Shown in pieces: positions 23,901 through 37,200 of a stretch of DNA of 64,000 nt (positions are counted from its first letter, which is position 1; the number at the start of each line of letters is the position of its first letter). A model generated the notes under the pieces. The model did no database searches. It was given only the letters and a program-made list of their open reading frames with translations, and was not told where the DNA came from. The stretch is taken from NCBI GenBank assembly GCA_965235115.1, contig OZ249445.1:3348001-3412000 (forward strand), given 5' to 3'. This DNA is from Laetmonice hystrix (Eukaryota). The position numbers and the translations under genes are program-made.

Positions 23901-24823
23901 CGTTTAATATACCCCGACAAAAGTTCCCAGGAGGCGGTCTTTTAATGATCTAAGTTAAACCATCTGTTCACCACGACACTCTATCCCTGATAGCCAGACA
24001 AAAAGTCCATGTCGATGATATTTGAAGACAATGGTGGACGCCCACCAAATGTTGGCCAGTTACCCGTTTCTCATTGCGTCCCTGACCCAAGCAGGAACCG
24101 ACTCAGTTGTTTGTCCGTCTCACAGAGTAATTTAGCATAGAAAAGGATTTAAAGTTTATTTGCCATGATTACTAGGTTGTAATTGGTGTGTCCATTATTC
24201 TCACTGAGTGGTTGAGGAGCAGGTTATTGATGAGATGATAGCGTGTGGGCCTTGTGTCCTATGTCCCATGTCCCCCGCGGAACAATCCGCTCTCTTCTCA
24301 GGTGAGGGTCCTGTCCGGGCATTGTTTGTGCAATGTTCTAATCGTCCACTGTTAATGGAAGGCCTACAGCTGGTGGTTCCGGGAATGCCACCTGACGGCC
24401 ATTCCGATGAACGGTCCTAAGTAAAACGCCATTATCATGTCTACGCCACTGAGGAAGTAAACAGGGAGTTACATCAGTAATAGCTATTGCTCTGAGGTAC
24501 ATGGACGGCCTCATCATATTCAGCTGACTGCTTCCCCTGACACTAGGTACAATCCTTGATGCATTCTTCTATCCTCATGACTTGATTTTGGCATGGACTT
24601 AGAGAACAGCGGAAACGTGTGGACAAAGGGCACGGAGAGGGGTGTCTATGCCGTGAGTTGGGCGGTATGTGAGCGGCTCGCTGTGCACAATAGGAATGTG
24701 ATTCATGTCATTCATAGAACTCATTCACGTAACAGGATCTATTGCCAGCCGGCTAACACTGCCCTCCACTACCTCACTTGGACCCTCACCAGGTTCTTAA
24801 ACACGCTTTTTTTTTAATATTAG

Positions 24824-24869
24824 TACCTGGATATTCACTGTACGGCCAGGGGACTTGAAACCAAGCCAG
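24824..24869 (+). other. Candidate 46-nt internal exon
   Basis: T-rich acceptor CTTTTTTTTTAATATTAG and consensus donor CAG|GTGAGT. Two frames are open (YLDIHCTARGLETKP and TWIFTVRPGDLKPSQ). Confidence 0.3.
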
Positions 24870-25264
24870 GTGAGTTTGATGTATCAATTGTTGAGAGCAC
24901 TGAGGGGGTGGGGGTGGAGGTGGGGGTAGAGGTACTTCCAGTTTATTTTTGTGTCAACATAACTTTATGTTACATTTAGTGTCATGCTTGAAGCTATTAT
25001 TATAACTATTTCAGAGGACTGGGGTCTTATTTATTTAAGAGTACTTGAAATGTTCTTATTCTGGTTAGTACTTTGACAGCCTATGTAGTGGGATGATTTA
25101 AAGCCTGAAGCTATACGAAGAGGCTGGGGCCTGCTAACTAAGATAATTTATATTTAATGAGTGCCAAGATTTCACAGAGAGTTGGACCATGAAGGACTGA
25201 ATGTTCTTTCTCCTGTCGTGTATCATGTAATTGTTACCGGTCTGAGATAATGACGGGTCTCTCA

Positions 25265-25677
25265 GTGCTTATTGGTCACATTGCTGATTGGTAACTGATT
25301 GGTAACATTGCTGATTGGTAACTGTGCTGATTGGTATCAGTGCTGATTGGTATTAGTGTCGATTGGTATTAGTGTCGATTGGTATCAGTGTCGATTGGTA
25401 TCAGTGTCGATTGGTATCAGTGCTGATTGATAAGAATGCGGATTGGTAACAATGCTGATTAGTATCAGTGTTGATTGGTAACAGTGCTGATTGGTAACAG
25501 TGCTGATTGGTAAGAGTACTGATGGTATCAGTGTTGATTGGTAACAATGCTGATAAGTATCAGTGTTGATTGGTAACAGTGTTGATTGGTATCAGTGTTG
25601 ATTGGTAACAGTGTTGATTGGTAACAGTGCTGATTGGTAACAGTGCTGATTGGTAACAGTACTGATGGTGTCAGTGC
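25265..25677. repeat. Degenerate ~16-bp tandem repeat, ~25 copies
   Basis: TGCTGATTGGTAACAG / TGTTGATTGGTATCAG / TGTCGATTGGTATCAG variants. Most units contain ATTGG. Confidence 0.93.
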
Positions 25678-26708
25678 TAGAATTACCACCAGTTGATCTG
25701 GTTTTACATCTCGGCGCTGGACCTTGGATTATTCTTCGCGCAAGGTTCTCCTTGACTTGTAACGAGTGGATCATCACAGAGAGTTTGGTCATGTAAAGTT
25801 CGTAGATTTCTGGATGTGCAGGCGATCTATGTGTTTATTTCGTTGTCCTAGACAGACTATTTATTGTGGAGGTCGTCAATCATGTTCTTACCTTGCTATG
25901 GATAGAGATCGTGTCGCCAGTAGACGACCTGTGTACAGTCAGGCGTCGGTATTGTTGGGATCAGTGAGTGGCCCCATGCCCCTGGTCTAGACCATTCTAA
26001 CGGTATAGACAGTGGGATTGAAGGTAAATTGAGCGTTGCTGTATTTGCCATGGCTGTGAGTGGAGGGAAGTAAACCAACTGCAACCGTTATTTCCTCGGG
26101 TCAGTGGCTAGAGCACGGGTAGCGTGTCAGGAAGCGAAGCGAGGTCTGTTAAACAGCACAGAGTAAACCTCCTGACCAGTCTGTACACGGGTATGCAGTC
26201 AGCTAGCCCAGATTAACCCGGGAGTAGACATATGTATTTTGGGGTAGGGTAGTTTATACCGATTGCAGGCTAATCCTGGTATTGTCATGAGAAGGTTTAA
26301 TCTGGGATGCTATATCTCCGGGCGAGGGTGGATGGGCTGGATGTCCTGGACCGGGGGCTCCTAACCGTGGAGCATGTCATTGAGCAAGGCCGGGGGGGGG
26401 GGGGGGGCTCGCTTTCTTAGGATCCAGCCACTAACACCTGGAGGATGTGAACCCCCTCTGAGCCCACCCTTCCTGATACCACCCCAGCCAGACACACCCC
26501 CACAATACCCGCACCCCACACCTGCCCATAGGGGGAGGACACGAGTCCTGCTTTCCTCAGTGAAATCACAATGATTCTAAGAACCGAGAGAGATCCCACC
26601 AGAGGTTGTCAACAGGTCACGGTCACTGACTATGTCGCTGACCAAATCACTGAAACAGTTTCCACAGGGTACTACTTAGCATTTACTACAGCAGTGGTGA
26701 GACCATGG

Positions 26709-27591
26709 CCCTGATTGAGTGAGTGGTATTGTGGGGAGGAGAGAGACTGCAGTCAGTCCCCTGATTGAGTGAGTGGTATTGTGGGGAGGAGAGAGTCACG
26801 CCAGTCAGTCCCCTGATTGAGTGAGTGGTATTGTGGGGAGGAGAGAGAGACCAGTCAGTCCCCTGATTGAGTGAGTGGTATTGTGGGGAGGAGAGAGACT
26901 GCGGTCAGTCCCCTGATTGAGTGAGTGGTATTGTGGGGAGGAGAGAGCCCCCTGATTGAGTGAGTGGTATTGTGGGGAGGAGAGAGTCACACCAGTCAGC
27001 CCCCTGATTGAGTGAGTGGTATTGTGGGGAGGAGAGAGTCACACCAGTCAGCCCCCTGATTGAGTGAGTGGTATTGTGGGGAGGAGAGAGCCCCCTGATT
27101 GAGTGAGTGGTATTGTGGGGAGGAGAGAGTCACACCAGTCAGCCCCCTGATTGAGTGAGTGGTATTGTGGGGAGGAGAGAGTCACACCAGTCAGTCCCCT
27201 GATTGAGTGAGTGGTATTGTGGGGAGGAGAGAGTCACACCAGTCAGCCCCCTGATTGAGTGAGTGGTATTGTGGGGAGGAGAGAGTCACACCAGTCAGCC
27301 CCCTGATTGAGTGAGTGGTATTGTGGGGAGGAGAGAGACACTGCAGTCAGCCCCCTGATTGAGTAAGTGGTATTGTGGGGAGGAGAGAGACACTGCAGTC
27401 AGCCCCCTGATTGAGTAAGTGGTATTGTGGGGAGGAGAGAGACCAGTCAGTCCCCTGATTGAGTGAGTGGTATTGTGGGGAGGAGAGACACACACCAGTC
27501 AGTCCCCTGATTGAGTGAGTGGTATTGTGGGGAGGAGAGAGCCCCTGATTGAGTGAGTGGTATTGTGGGGAGGAGAGAGTCACACCAGTCA
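26709..27591. repeat. Minisatellite with a constant ~37-bp core and variable linker (units ~38-54 bp), ~18 copies
   Basis: CCCTGATTGAGTGAGTGGTATTGTGGGGAGGAGAGAG followed by nothing or by related ...CAGTCAG(T/C)C linkers. Confidence 0.96.
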
Positions 27592-28312
27592 ACCCCTACT
27601 TGTATCCTCAGAGTCGGATCTATACCTGACACACCGGCATGGCCGTCCTGACTCCTGCATACATTAATGGAACTTGTGAATGACAAAGGATTGAAACCTA
27701 ATGAAGTAAAGGAGAGGTTGTGGCAAGGATAACAGTGGGAAGGACAGTACTGATGGTCATCAAGGTTATCTTGGCTGCATTATTCTCCTTCCTTTGATGT
27801 AGCACCGTCATTGAGTGTTCAATTGATCACCTGGGCCCACAGCCGACACTCCGCCGGCAATCAGTAGAAAAGGTATCATCAGGTAGGTGGGAGCGTGGGA
27901 GGGGGTGCGGGCCGGGGGGTGACAGCAGTGAGGTGTCGGTTCGGGGTGTTGAAGGATGGCCCAGTTTGTTAGGGTGGACAGTTTGGGGATCATTATTACA
28001 GGGTTGAAACATCAAGCCCTGACAATTCACCCGAGTTACCGCGTCTTTGTCCTTGTGGTTTTATTCGGGTTAAACCTTGTGCGAGTTGGCATGGTTTATG
28101 ACTAGAGATAGAAATACGATCTGACCATTAAACCACTGTCACCAGTTTACATCCATGTCTCCCTGGCCTGGTATCTGATCAGGATCCACTATTACACGTA
28201 CAACCCACCCTCATATTGTCACTACTTGGTCCTACATTTAATAGTGCTAGATTTACCATTGCTGTTTTTCACTGTATCTGGTGTTGGGTGAGAGAGGGAT
28301 CGTTGTGTGGCT

Positions 28313-29603
28313 CATCAGTGGATCTAGTGTGGTTTATTATATACCGTTACGGACATAGTAATTGGGAAGGTCTTCATCAGTGGATCCAGTGGGGTATATA
28401 TACCGTTACGGACATAGTAATTGGGAAGGTCTTCATCAGTGGATCTAGTGGGGTTTATTATATACCGTTACGGACATAGTAATTGGGAAGGTCTTCATCA
28501 GTGGATCCAGTGGGGTATATATACCGTTACGGACATAGTAATTGGGAGGGTCTTCATCAGTGGATCTAGTGGGGTTTATTATATACCGTTACGGACATAG
28601 TAATTGGGAAGGTCTTCATCAGTGGATCTAGTGGGGTTTATTATATACCGTTACGGACATAGTAATTGGGAAGGTCTTCATCAGTGGATCTAGTGGGGTA
28701 TATTATATACCGTTACGGACATAGTAATTGGGAAGGTCTTCATCAGTGGATCTAGTGGGGTATATTATATACCGTTACGGACATAGTAATTGGGAAGGTC
28801 TTCATCAGTGGATCTAGTGGGGTATATTATATACCGTTACGGACATAGTAATTGGGAAGGTCTTCATCAGTGGATCTAGTGGGGTATATTATATACCGTT
28901 ACGGACATAGTAATTGGGAAGGTCTTCATCAGTGGATCCAGTGGGGTATATATACCGTTACGGACATAGTAATTGGGAAGGTCTTCATCAGTGGATCTAG
29001 TGGGGTTTATTATATACCGTTACGGACATAGTAATTGGGAAGGTCTTCATCAGTGGATCTAGTGGGGTATATTATATACCGTTACAGACATAGTAATTGG
29101 GAAGGTCTTCATCAGTGGATCTAGTGGGGTTTATTATATACCGTTACGGACATAGTAATTGGGAAGGTCTTCATCAGTGGATCTAGTGGGGTATATTATA
29201 TACCGTTACGGACATAGTAATTGGGAAGGTCTTCATCAGTGGATCTAGTGGGGTATATTATATACCGTTACAGACATAGTAATTGGGAAGGTCTTCATCA
29301 GTGGATCCAGTGGGGTATATATACCGTTACGGACATAGTAATTGGGAAGGTCTTCATCAGTGGATCTAGTGGGGTTTATTATATACCGTTACGGACATAG
29401 TAATTGGGAAGGTCTTCACCAGTGGATCTAGTGGGGTATATTATATACCGTTACAGACATAGTAATTGGGAAGGTCTTCATCAGTGGATCCAGTGGGGTT
29501 TATTATATACCGTTACGGACATAGTAATTGGGAAGGTCTTCATCAGTGGATCTAGTGGGGTTTATTATATACCGTTACGGACATAGTAATTGGGAAGGTC
29601 TTC
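28313..29603. repeat. Minisatellite, 59-62-bp unit, ~21 copies (longest array in the window)
   Basis: ATATACCGTTACGGACATAGTAATTGGGAAGGTCTTCATCAGTGGATC(T/C)AGTGGGGT..., with three interspersed length variants. Confidence 0.97.
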
Positions 29604-30881
29604 GAAGGACGTGTGTCGTCTACGTTTCTGTTGGCGACGAAGGGCTTGACGCTGGAGTGGTGGCGTGTCAATCGTCCTCCAATCCCTCCCCCTCCCCCCG
29701 GCCTCCTTTCCCCTCCCCCTCCCTCCTTCCCTCTCTCCCTCCCCCTTCCCTCGGCTGGCCGGCCAGAGGTGAAGTGATCGACTCGTCAATGTAGCGGAGG
29801 GAGGGGGTACCCCGTCAGTGACGTCTGGCTCCGGCTGGTGACAATGGAGGTGGTATGACAGGATCCCTCCCTGTACCACTCCACGCGGCTCTCTTCCAAC
29901 TTTCCCCTAACTTTCCTGACGTCGAGATGCCCTGTTTACCTCTCAGTATGTCGTCAGAATGACAGACACAAACCTTCAAGTTTTTCCCTTCGCATTCCGT
30001 TTAATGTACGACATGGACCTCGAGTCAGCGACGGAGGGTGAAAGCCCATTGAGCAGTGTGAACATAGTAATTCTTGTTGTAGCTTTGTGGGCAATGTCGA
30101 GATGGCTCCTGCATTCTTGTGACAAGCTCCCCCATTGAGGGCGCCATTGTAATGTAAAAGGTTACCTGTTCAGGAATGAGACGTCCTTTTGTAGGCGCCA
30201 TTGAAAGGCAGCCTTTATCTTGGGCCCACAGTAGGCAGCATGCTTCTATGTGAGGCCCTTCGTAAATGTCGGTGAATGATGCTTTAGTGTCCATTCTGAA
30301 AGGCGTCGAGGATTGTACCTCTGCCATTATTGGGGCGGCGTTTCCTCAGCACTTTCTGCTTGATGGTGACTTGGACTAATGTGATTGTCAGTGGCAGCGA
30401 CAATGCCTTGTCCTCAGATGTCCCCCCAATGAAAGCCGATCGCCAGGTGTGATTAACGATAGCTTTTGGTCTCACCTGTTCACGGGCAAGGTGCACTGCC
30501 ATGGTCGACGGTGTGACATGAACGTGAGGTTAGCTTGAGAAAAGGGAGGAGTCTCAAGGCATCAGGGGAAAAAAGTAGCTCTTGTTGTTGACAGTGCATA
30601 TCATTGAGTTGGTGGGAACAAACATTTCGCGGTTTGGCATGTGGTTAACATTGAGTTTGGTGGCTCCGACTCAGGCTCTCTGTGTGGATGGCAGGCTGGA
30701 TTCCCAGACGAGTCCCGGATTCAAGGCAGAGGGAGGGCGGGGGTGTCTGGGAGGGAGAGGGTGGGCAGCCATCTCCTTCACGGACTCTGAACAGTGACAA
30801 TTGTTGATAGTTACGGTGAGAACGCCAGGCAACGCCTACAGGTATAGCAAGCAGGGTTGAGCGTCGGTCTGTGAGCAGACA

Positions 30882-31503
30882 CAGGGCCAAACTCAGGGTT
30901 CGAATCCGACCTAGGAGTAGCAGCAGGGCCAAACTTAGGGTCCCAGTCTGGCAGTAGCAGCAGGGCCAAACTCAGGGTCCCAGCCTGGCAGTAGCAGCAG
31001 GACCAAACTCAGGGTCCGAACCCGACCTAGGATTAGCAGCAGGGCCAAACTCAGGGTTCCAGCCTGGCAGTAGCAGCAGGGCCAAATTCAGGGTCCCAAC
31101 CCGACCTGGTAGTAGCAGCAGGGCCAAACTCAGGGTTCCAGCCCGACCTAGGAGTAGCAGCAGGGCCAAACTCAGGGTCCCGGCCTGGCCTAGGAACAGC
31201 AGCAGGGCCAAACTCAAGGTCCCAACCCGACCTAGGAGTAGCAGCAGGGCCAAACTCAGGGGTCCAGCCTGGCAGTAGCAGCAGGGCCAAACTCAGGATC
31301 CCAACCCGACCTGGCAGTAGCAGCAGGGCCAAACTCAGGGTTCCAGCCTGGCAGTAGCAGCAGGGCCAAACTCAGGGTCCCAGCCCGGCCTAGGAGCAGC
31401 AGCAGGGCCAAACTCAGGGTCCCAGCTCGGCCTAGGAACAGCAGCAGGGCCAAACTCAGGGTCCCAGCTCGGCCTAGGAACAGCAGCAGGGCCAAACTCA
31501 GGA
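30882..31503. repeat. Composite 37/42-bp minisatellite, ~16 copies
   Basis: Constant AGCAGCAGGGCCAAACTCAGGGT(C/T)CC plus variable AGCCTGGCAGT- or AACCCGACCTAGGAGT-type segments. Confidence 0.95.
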
Positions 31504-32916
31504 ACCCGTCCCAGAGCCAGCATAGAATATGAATGGGATACATTTAGTTGTTAGTGCCATTGACACCTATGCGCACCCATGGGTATAAATATACATTAAA
31601 TACAAAAAGGCATGGTCTGTATAGAATGCCTTAATAAACCATTTTATTCTTGATATTTTTTCTCGAGGGAAAACGTGATACATGTGGAATAAAAAGTGTA
31701 AGAATGAATCGCTGGCATGCGAACGGCATTTTTTAAATGACGTTTTTCATTAAGAAACTGATCTAACAGAAAAAGTAAAAAATTTTAACATGATAACATC
31801 ATTTCATTATGCGCCACCATTATATGACAAAACGCTCCTTGTTTTCGATCATGACATGGAATGATCAACGACCATTGCATACCAAATATTGCGGCGACAT
31901 AGTTTCTTTGTAATGTGTACGCCCTGTTGAAGGTTTTTATTATGACATGTCGTAAGGCTAGAGTTAGGATTTAACCAGGTTATTGGTTGTCGCAGACAGA
32001 CAGCCAGCTGCTAGCAGGCGAAGATTGCCAGATATCACTATCAGTAGGGGAGGCAGAGTGTGTCTGACATCATATTATACATGCTATGGGTCAGATGAAG
32101 GGGAACCCAGCAGCTGTCATGTCGTCTAATGTCACATCTGACATAAGATGACGATGATTCTTATTGACATGACACTTGACAATACATTACAACCTGCTCA
32201 GTTTTTGTACTGGTGGGCAGCAGGTGGACTTTCCATACATCACCATGGCACAGTGCCCTTCAACAGGTGTTGTTACCGTGCTTGAAATCTTGTATGAAAC
32301 AATACAGCTGCAGCTATCAATGACAATGTTAGCACATCATAACCGGAGTGTTTGTCATAACTTAGGGCCGTGTTTCATGCCATGTGAATGTCCCGGGCCA
32401 GCCCCACAGTTCGTTCAAAGGAAAGAAAATGTGTCGATTTCAAGAAATATTCCCGGCATGAAAGCAACCACGGTACATGCAGTAAGATGTGAAAATACAA
32501 AGATAAGACTGTCCAGATTTTTAGGGCGGGTTGGTAGGGGGTGGAATGGGTCCTGGGGGTGGGGGTTATTGCTGATAGAAAGTGGAGGGGGGGGGGTTCC
32601 TGACTCAGGAGAAAAATTAACACCTGAGTAGCTTCATGACAAACCACACCTGTATTGGCATTGAGCAACTCGGGCACACTGCCAGTGTGCTACTGCCCTA
32701 TTGGACAAAACACTGGAAGGTATAGAAGGAGCAGTAGTATTCTGTGGGTCCCAGTACGGTTACTCCTACTTGAGCACACACATGCTCAGTGTTTGCAGCG
32801 TTGTGTCTGGAGCGCCACGGACGGGGCCGCTATTGTTAAACCAAACATGTTGGTGCCAAGTACAAATGGGAGTGCATCGGTGTGAGAGCAATCGAGCCAG
32901 GTACACCGCCTGCTTC

Positions 32917-33006
32917 TCGCTTCGCTCTCTTTCTGTCTGTCTGTCTCTCTCGCTGTCTCTGTCTGTCTCTCTCTGTCGCTGTCTGTCTGTCTCTCTCTCC
33001 CTCTCT
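32917..33006. repeat. Imperfect (TC)n/(TCTG)n microsatellite
   Basis: Read directly. Confidence 0.85.
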
Positions 33007-33915
33007 TAGACCAAAATCTTAAAATTTACTTCCTGACACCCCAGGACTTAATAACCTCTGTCTAAAAAACGGAGGGAGTATTCCAGAAACAATTTGAGGG
33101 AGACAGAATCTCGTGCCTTTCCTTGTTAACAAAATAAAGTGTAAAATATTGGATAAATGGGTAAAGAATAGTGGAATTATAGAATGCAGCAATACAGTCG
33201 TATCAGAGCTTGCATTGGTCTGAACATGGAGTTAACTTATCCTCTCACATGTCAGCCATTCATAAGGTGAGGATTTCAGGAAGAGTCGGTGTGTGGTAGT
33301 CGGGGCGGTGATAATAGTGAGGGTGAGCGTGATTTAGTGGGTCCAGGCGGGGGCTGGGGTCAACAGGGCTCGTTTACTACATTCTTCAATCATTGGTATG
33401 ATCGAGGTGGACGGGCCGGGAGGGAGGGAGGGGGTGCAGGGTGACAGTCCACCCAGGTGGTCAGCCGGCCGTGAAGCTGTTAATCCGAATGCTGTTGGCG
33501 GCGGGGGCGGATCTCGTGAATGTAGCGGCTGTGGACCTTGAATCGGTCTCGGTTCACGGTGGTAGTGACGGGGGAGTCCGGTCGGAGTACATCTAGACTA
33601 GAACCAGACGGACATTCGTCAACTGGTCTATAATAGCACATTCTTCACTCTTATAGTATCTGTCACTTAGAGATGGGGGAAACACTGGCCAAATCTCTCA
33701 GAGAATGATCAACTTTGTGAAAAAGAACCAGCATTCAAAGAGATGACCTATGTCTTTCTTTATACTTCTAGAGTTGGGTGTATAGATTAAAACGTTAAAA
33801 CTTCAGATGTATTTTAATGAAATCCGGTAGATTGCTACGATTCTGACCAGTCAGGAGTGACATGGTGCCATTCGGACATGACAGTAGTTACCAGAGTTAT
33901 CTGGTCGACATTTTA

Positions 33916-34280
33916 GTCTGCAGCCGGTGGTAAATAAACTCCATGAGTTGGGAGAATGGGGGAGAGGTTGGGAGAATGGGGGAGATAGACCGTCTGCAGC
34001 CGGTGGTAAATAAACTCCATGAGTTGGGAGAATGGGGGAGAGGTTGGGAGAATGGGGGAGATAGACCGTCTGCAGCCGGTGGTAAATAAACTCCATGAGT
34101 TGGGAGAATGGGGGAGAGGTTGGAAGAATGGGGGAGATAGACCGTCTGCAGCCGGTGGTAAATAAACTCCATGAGTTGGGAGAATGGGGGAGATAGACCG
34201 TCTGCAGCCGGTGGTAAATAAACTCCATGAGTTGGGAGAATGGGGGAGAAGTTGGCTGAATGGGGGAGATAGACCGTCTG
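33916..34280. repeat. 76/56-bp minisatellite, ~5 copies, containing a G-quadruplex-forming motif
   Basis: GTCTGCAGCC recurs at 33916, 33992, 34068, 34144, 34200 and 34276. The long units contain GGG-N5-GGGGG-N7-GGG-N5-GGGGG. Confidence 0.94.
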
Positions 34281-37200
34281 GGGTTACAGTTGTTTAGGGC
34301 GCTGTCCCTTAACCCCAGACGAGGTCAGGGTTAAGTTTGGGGGTTGAGGGAATACTATATGTAATGGGTAGTGAGTATATATAATAACGGGCTGTCTGGA
34401 GCCATTGTCCGCCATTCATCAAGTAGCTAGAGATAAGGGCGCGCCAGGTCTCCCGGCATACTCACTGCCCACAGAGACGAGAAAGGAGACAGTTGGTGGC
34501 GAGCAACGTTTATCGAATCGATCTGTGCTTTTCTTCCCGTCACCAAACAATACATCATACACGTCTCCAAGACCCAGCCCAACTCGCCCGATCTGGCAGG
34601 GGTCAGCGGAGGCCGGCGAAAAGACGTTCAAAGCGGAGACTTTGAAACAATTGAGGATCGATTGAGTGCCTGGACACTGGGTCCGCTGACCCGTGACGGG
34701 CAGGGAGTATAACAAACAAATGGCAAACAAACGGACAGACTCCTCTTATGTTTCTATGGTAAAGACAAACCGGGGAGAATCAATGGTACGATCTGTGTGT
34801 GGGATACACAAAGAGAACACCCAGGGAGAATATGACGGGATTGTAAGTATGTGTAGGGTGATCAACGGGAATACAAGGGTTTGTGTTGTGGGAGGGGGTC
34901 GTCACAATGAGTGGGGTGCTATCCCAGGGGTACGGATGGGGGGAGAACGGTTCTCTCCACGGGGCAACATGACAGGCTCTGACAGCTTCAGATGGAGAGC
35001 GCCCTCTACATGCAATGTGGACAATCAATTATAATCAGCACTGATTGATGTCCACGTGGGTACCTGGCACCACCACCGACACCACCACCACCACACACCA
35101 CCACCGACACACCTTGTGACGGGACCTTCCAGAACCGCCCGCCGGGCCGTAGTCAGCTCCTGAGGGTTAGACAATACCAGGGAGACAATAGGCATCCAGT
35201 CTATACGTTTAGACACGTCTATGGTTTAGATCAGGCTCACCTCTTGAATCTTCGGATCATATGAGGTGAACAGCTGACACAATGCCATCTAGGTGTGATA
35301 CGCATCTTAATCATCACCCATTGTCATATGTATAGAAAAGTATATAGCGAGTTTAAGTGAAGGTAAAGTGGGGACAAAAATTAAAATCGGCAGACAACAT
35401 TGGATATTTTCCAATGAATTGAAAAGGACGATCGTTCTTTACCCGGTTTGTTTAGGGTTTTTTGGTCGTGAGTCACAGGGACACGATGTTTTGTGTACCT
35501 AATTTAGGGTCCATATCCAGATATGAATATCTTATCTTGTAATGTTGGCCTACAACCAGACGGCCCTATAATATGTAGAAATTATTGATATTTTTTAATA
35601 CTTTCTGCACCTTATGGTGATTAACCTTCCCTATAATCGTCTATTATAACTACAGGAGTTGTTATCAATGCAGGGACTCTAAGGTCACAACTTAGGCTCT
35701 AAGTTTCTAAACGGTTCCTTGTGTGTTTTTGTATAAAAGATTGTCTTGTTTCTTTAATTTAAGAAAGATACTAGTTAAATATTTCCGGTGCCAATTCAGC
35801 GTTCTATTGCCAACGAGGACGGATACTAATAATATGTGTATAAATGTACATGATATACGTTAGTTAAATTTGACCTGCCAACCTTACACTATGGGTCATC
35901 ATTGAGTGGTGGTGGTGGGGAGGTCTTTAATTGAAGGCCACACTTTATGGAGTCGGGGTGGAAGGGCAGCGCCTGCCCCCCCCCCCCACCTCCAGCATCT
36001 CGATGAGGCAGGACGGAAGCCTGTAGCCCCCCCCCCCATACGACCCCCCCATACGACCCCCCCCCCCCTCCTCCTCCGCCAGTCAAACATGTGAAGCCCT
36101 CACAACCAAAGCGCACTGGAACATTTTTGTTTTAACAAAGTTAAATGCTGCATGCGCAGGGCAAGAGTCTTTGGCTTGGTAAAGCTTAATAGAGTCAATG
36201 GTTTCATTAAGAGGCAGTCGCTGTGCGCAATAGGCAACAAAAGGGAGCGGACATTCTTTCTAAAGGCTGCTTGTTGTTTGTTGTGGCGCTGTCTTGTGTG
36301 TGTGCTGTTTTTGGTCCCCAGAACGGCAATTATGTGCAATTCGTTGGGCCTGCACACTTGAAGCACATGGAAAGGGTCGCGATTCGACTGAGTCCGATCT
36401 TGAGTTTGTTTCAGTGAGATGAAAGCAGTGAGAGGGTATTTAGAGAGGCAGGGGTGCGTGAGGAGTGTAATTCTCAATGGTGGTGAAAAGCTGCGATTCA
36501 TTAGGGTGTATTAACAATAATAGTGACGCTCATCTTTCATGTGTGTCGGGTGAAAGTTATGTGGAGGAGAGTGGCTAGTCTTTGTGGTTGTGTAAAGATG
36601 TATGGAGGGCGCTCCTCATCAAATGGCAGGCACGTCTGTCTGTGCCTTGGCGCGCCTTAACCGTACTTTTGTCTCCACACCGGCCACAGCTGCTGCAGCA
36701 GGCGCTGGCCACGGGCCGTTTGATCGGAGTAAAGGCAGCAGAAAGGCTTGCATGGATGAGCAGTGGCCACGGTGCGGACACGTTTAAATGGTAATTGTAA
36801 AGATGCACCAGGATCAGAGGTTGGATCTGCGCAATGTTTGGGCCAGAGCTTCCTGATGACATAGGCGCAGAGAAAAGTGTGGGACAAGCTACACATGTGG
36901 GGGTGATTATAAACAATAAAGGCCCCCGCCAAATGGGGTGTGCACACTTGTGGACAGATGAAAGCTTGCACCGATTTAGTTTCTTTCCACTGTAGAGAGA
37001 GAGTGAGAGACTGAGGCAAAAAGAGGGAATTAAGAAGAGCGTCTTAAAACCGGCATTAGGTCTGTATAGGAGAGCTTACAGTATGGGTGCTGTGGGTTCT
37101 GTGCTCTCGTTTACCCGAGAGTTGTCTGACTTAAGTCTGTATCTATCAGGATACATGTGTGCATTCCTGCACACATCCACACACAAAGGGACTGGCTACA

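Noticed and set aside
30972-31543. Poly-Leu signal-peptide-like ORFs (LALLLLLGRVGTLS)
   Set aside because: They are antisense translations of the AGC-containing 37/42-bp repeat, and the 37-bp units shift the frame.
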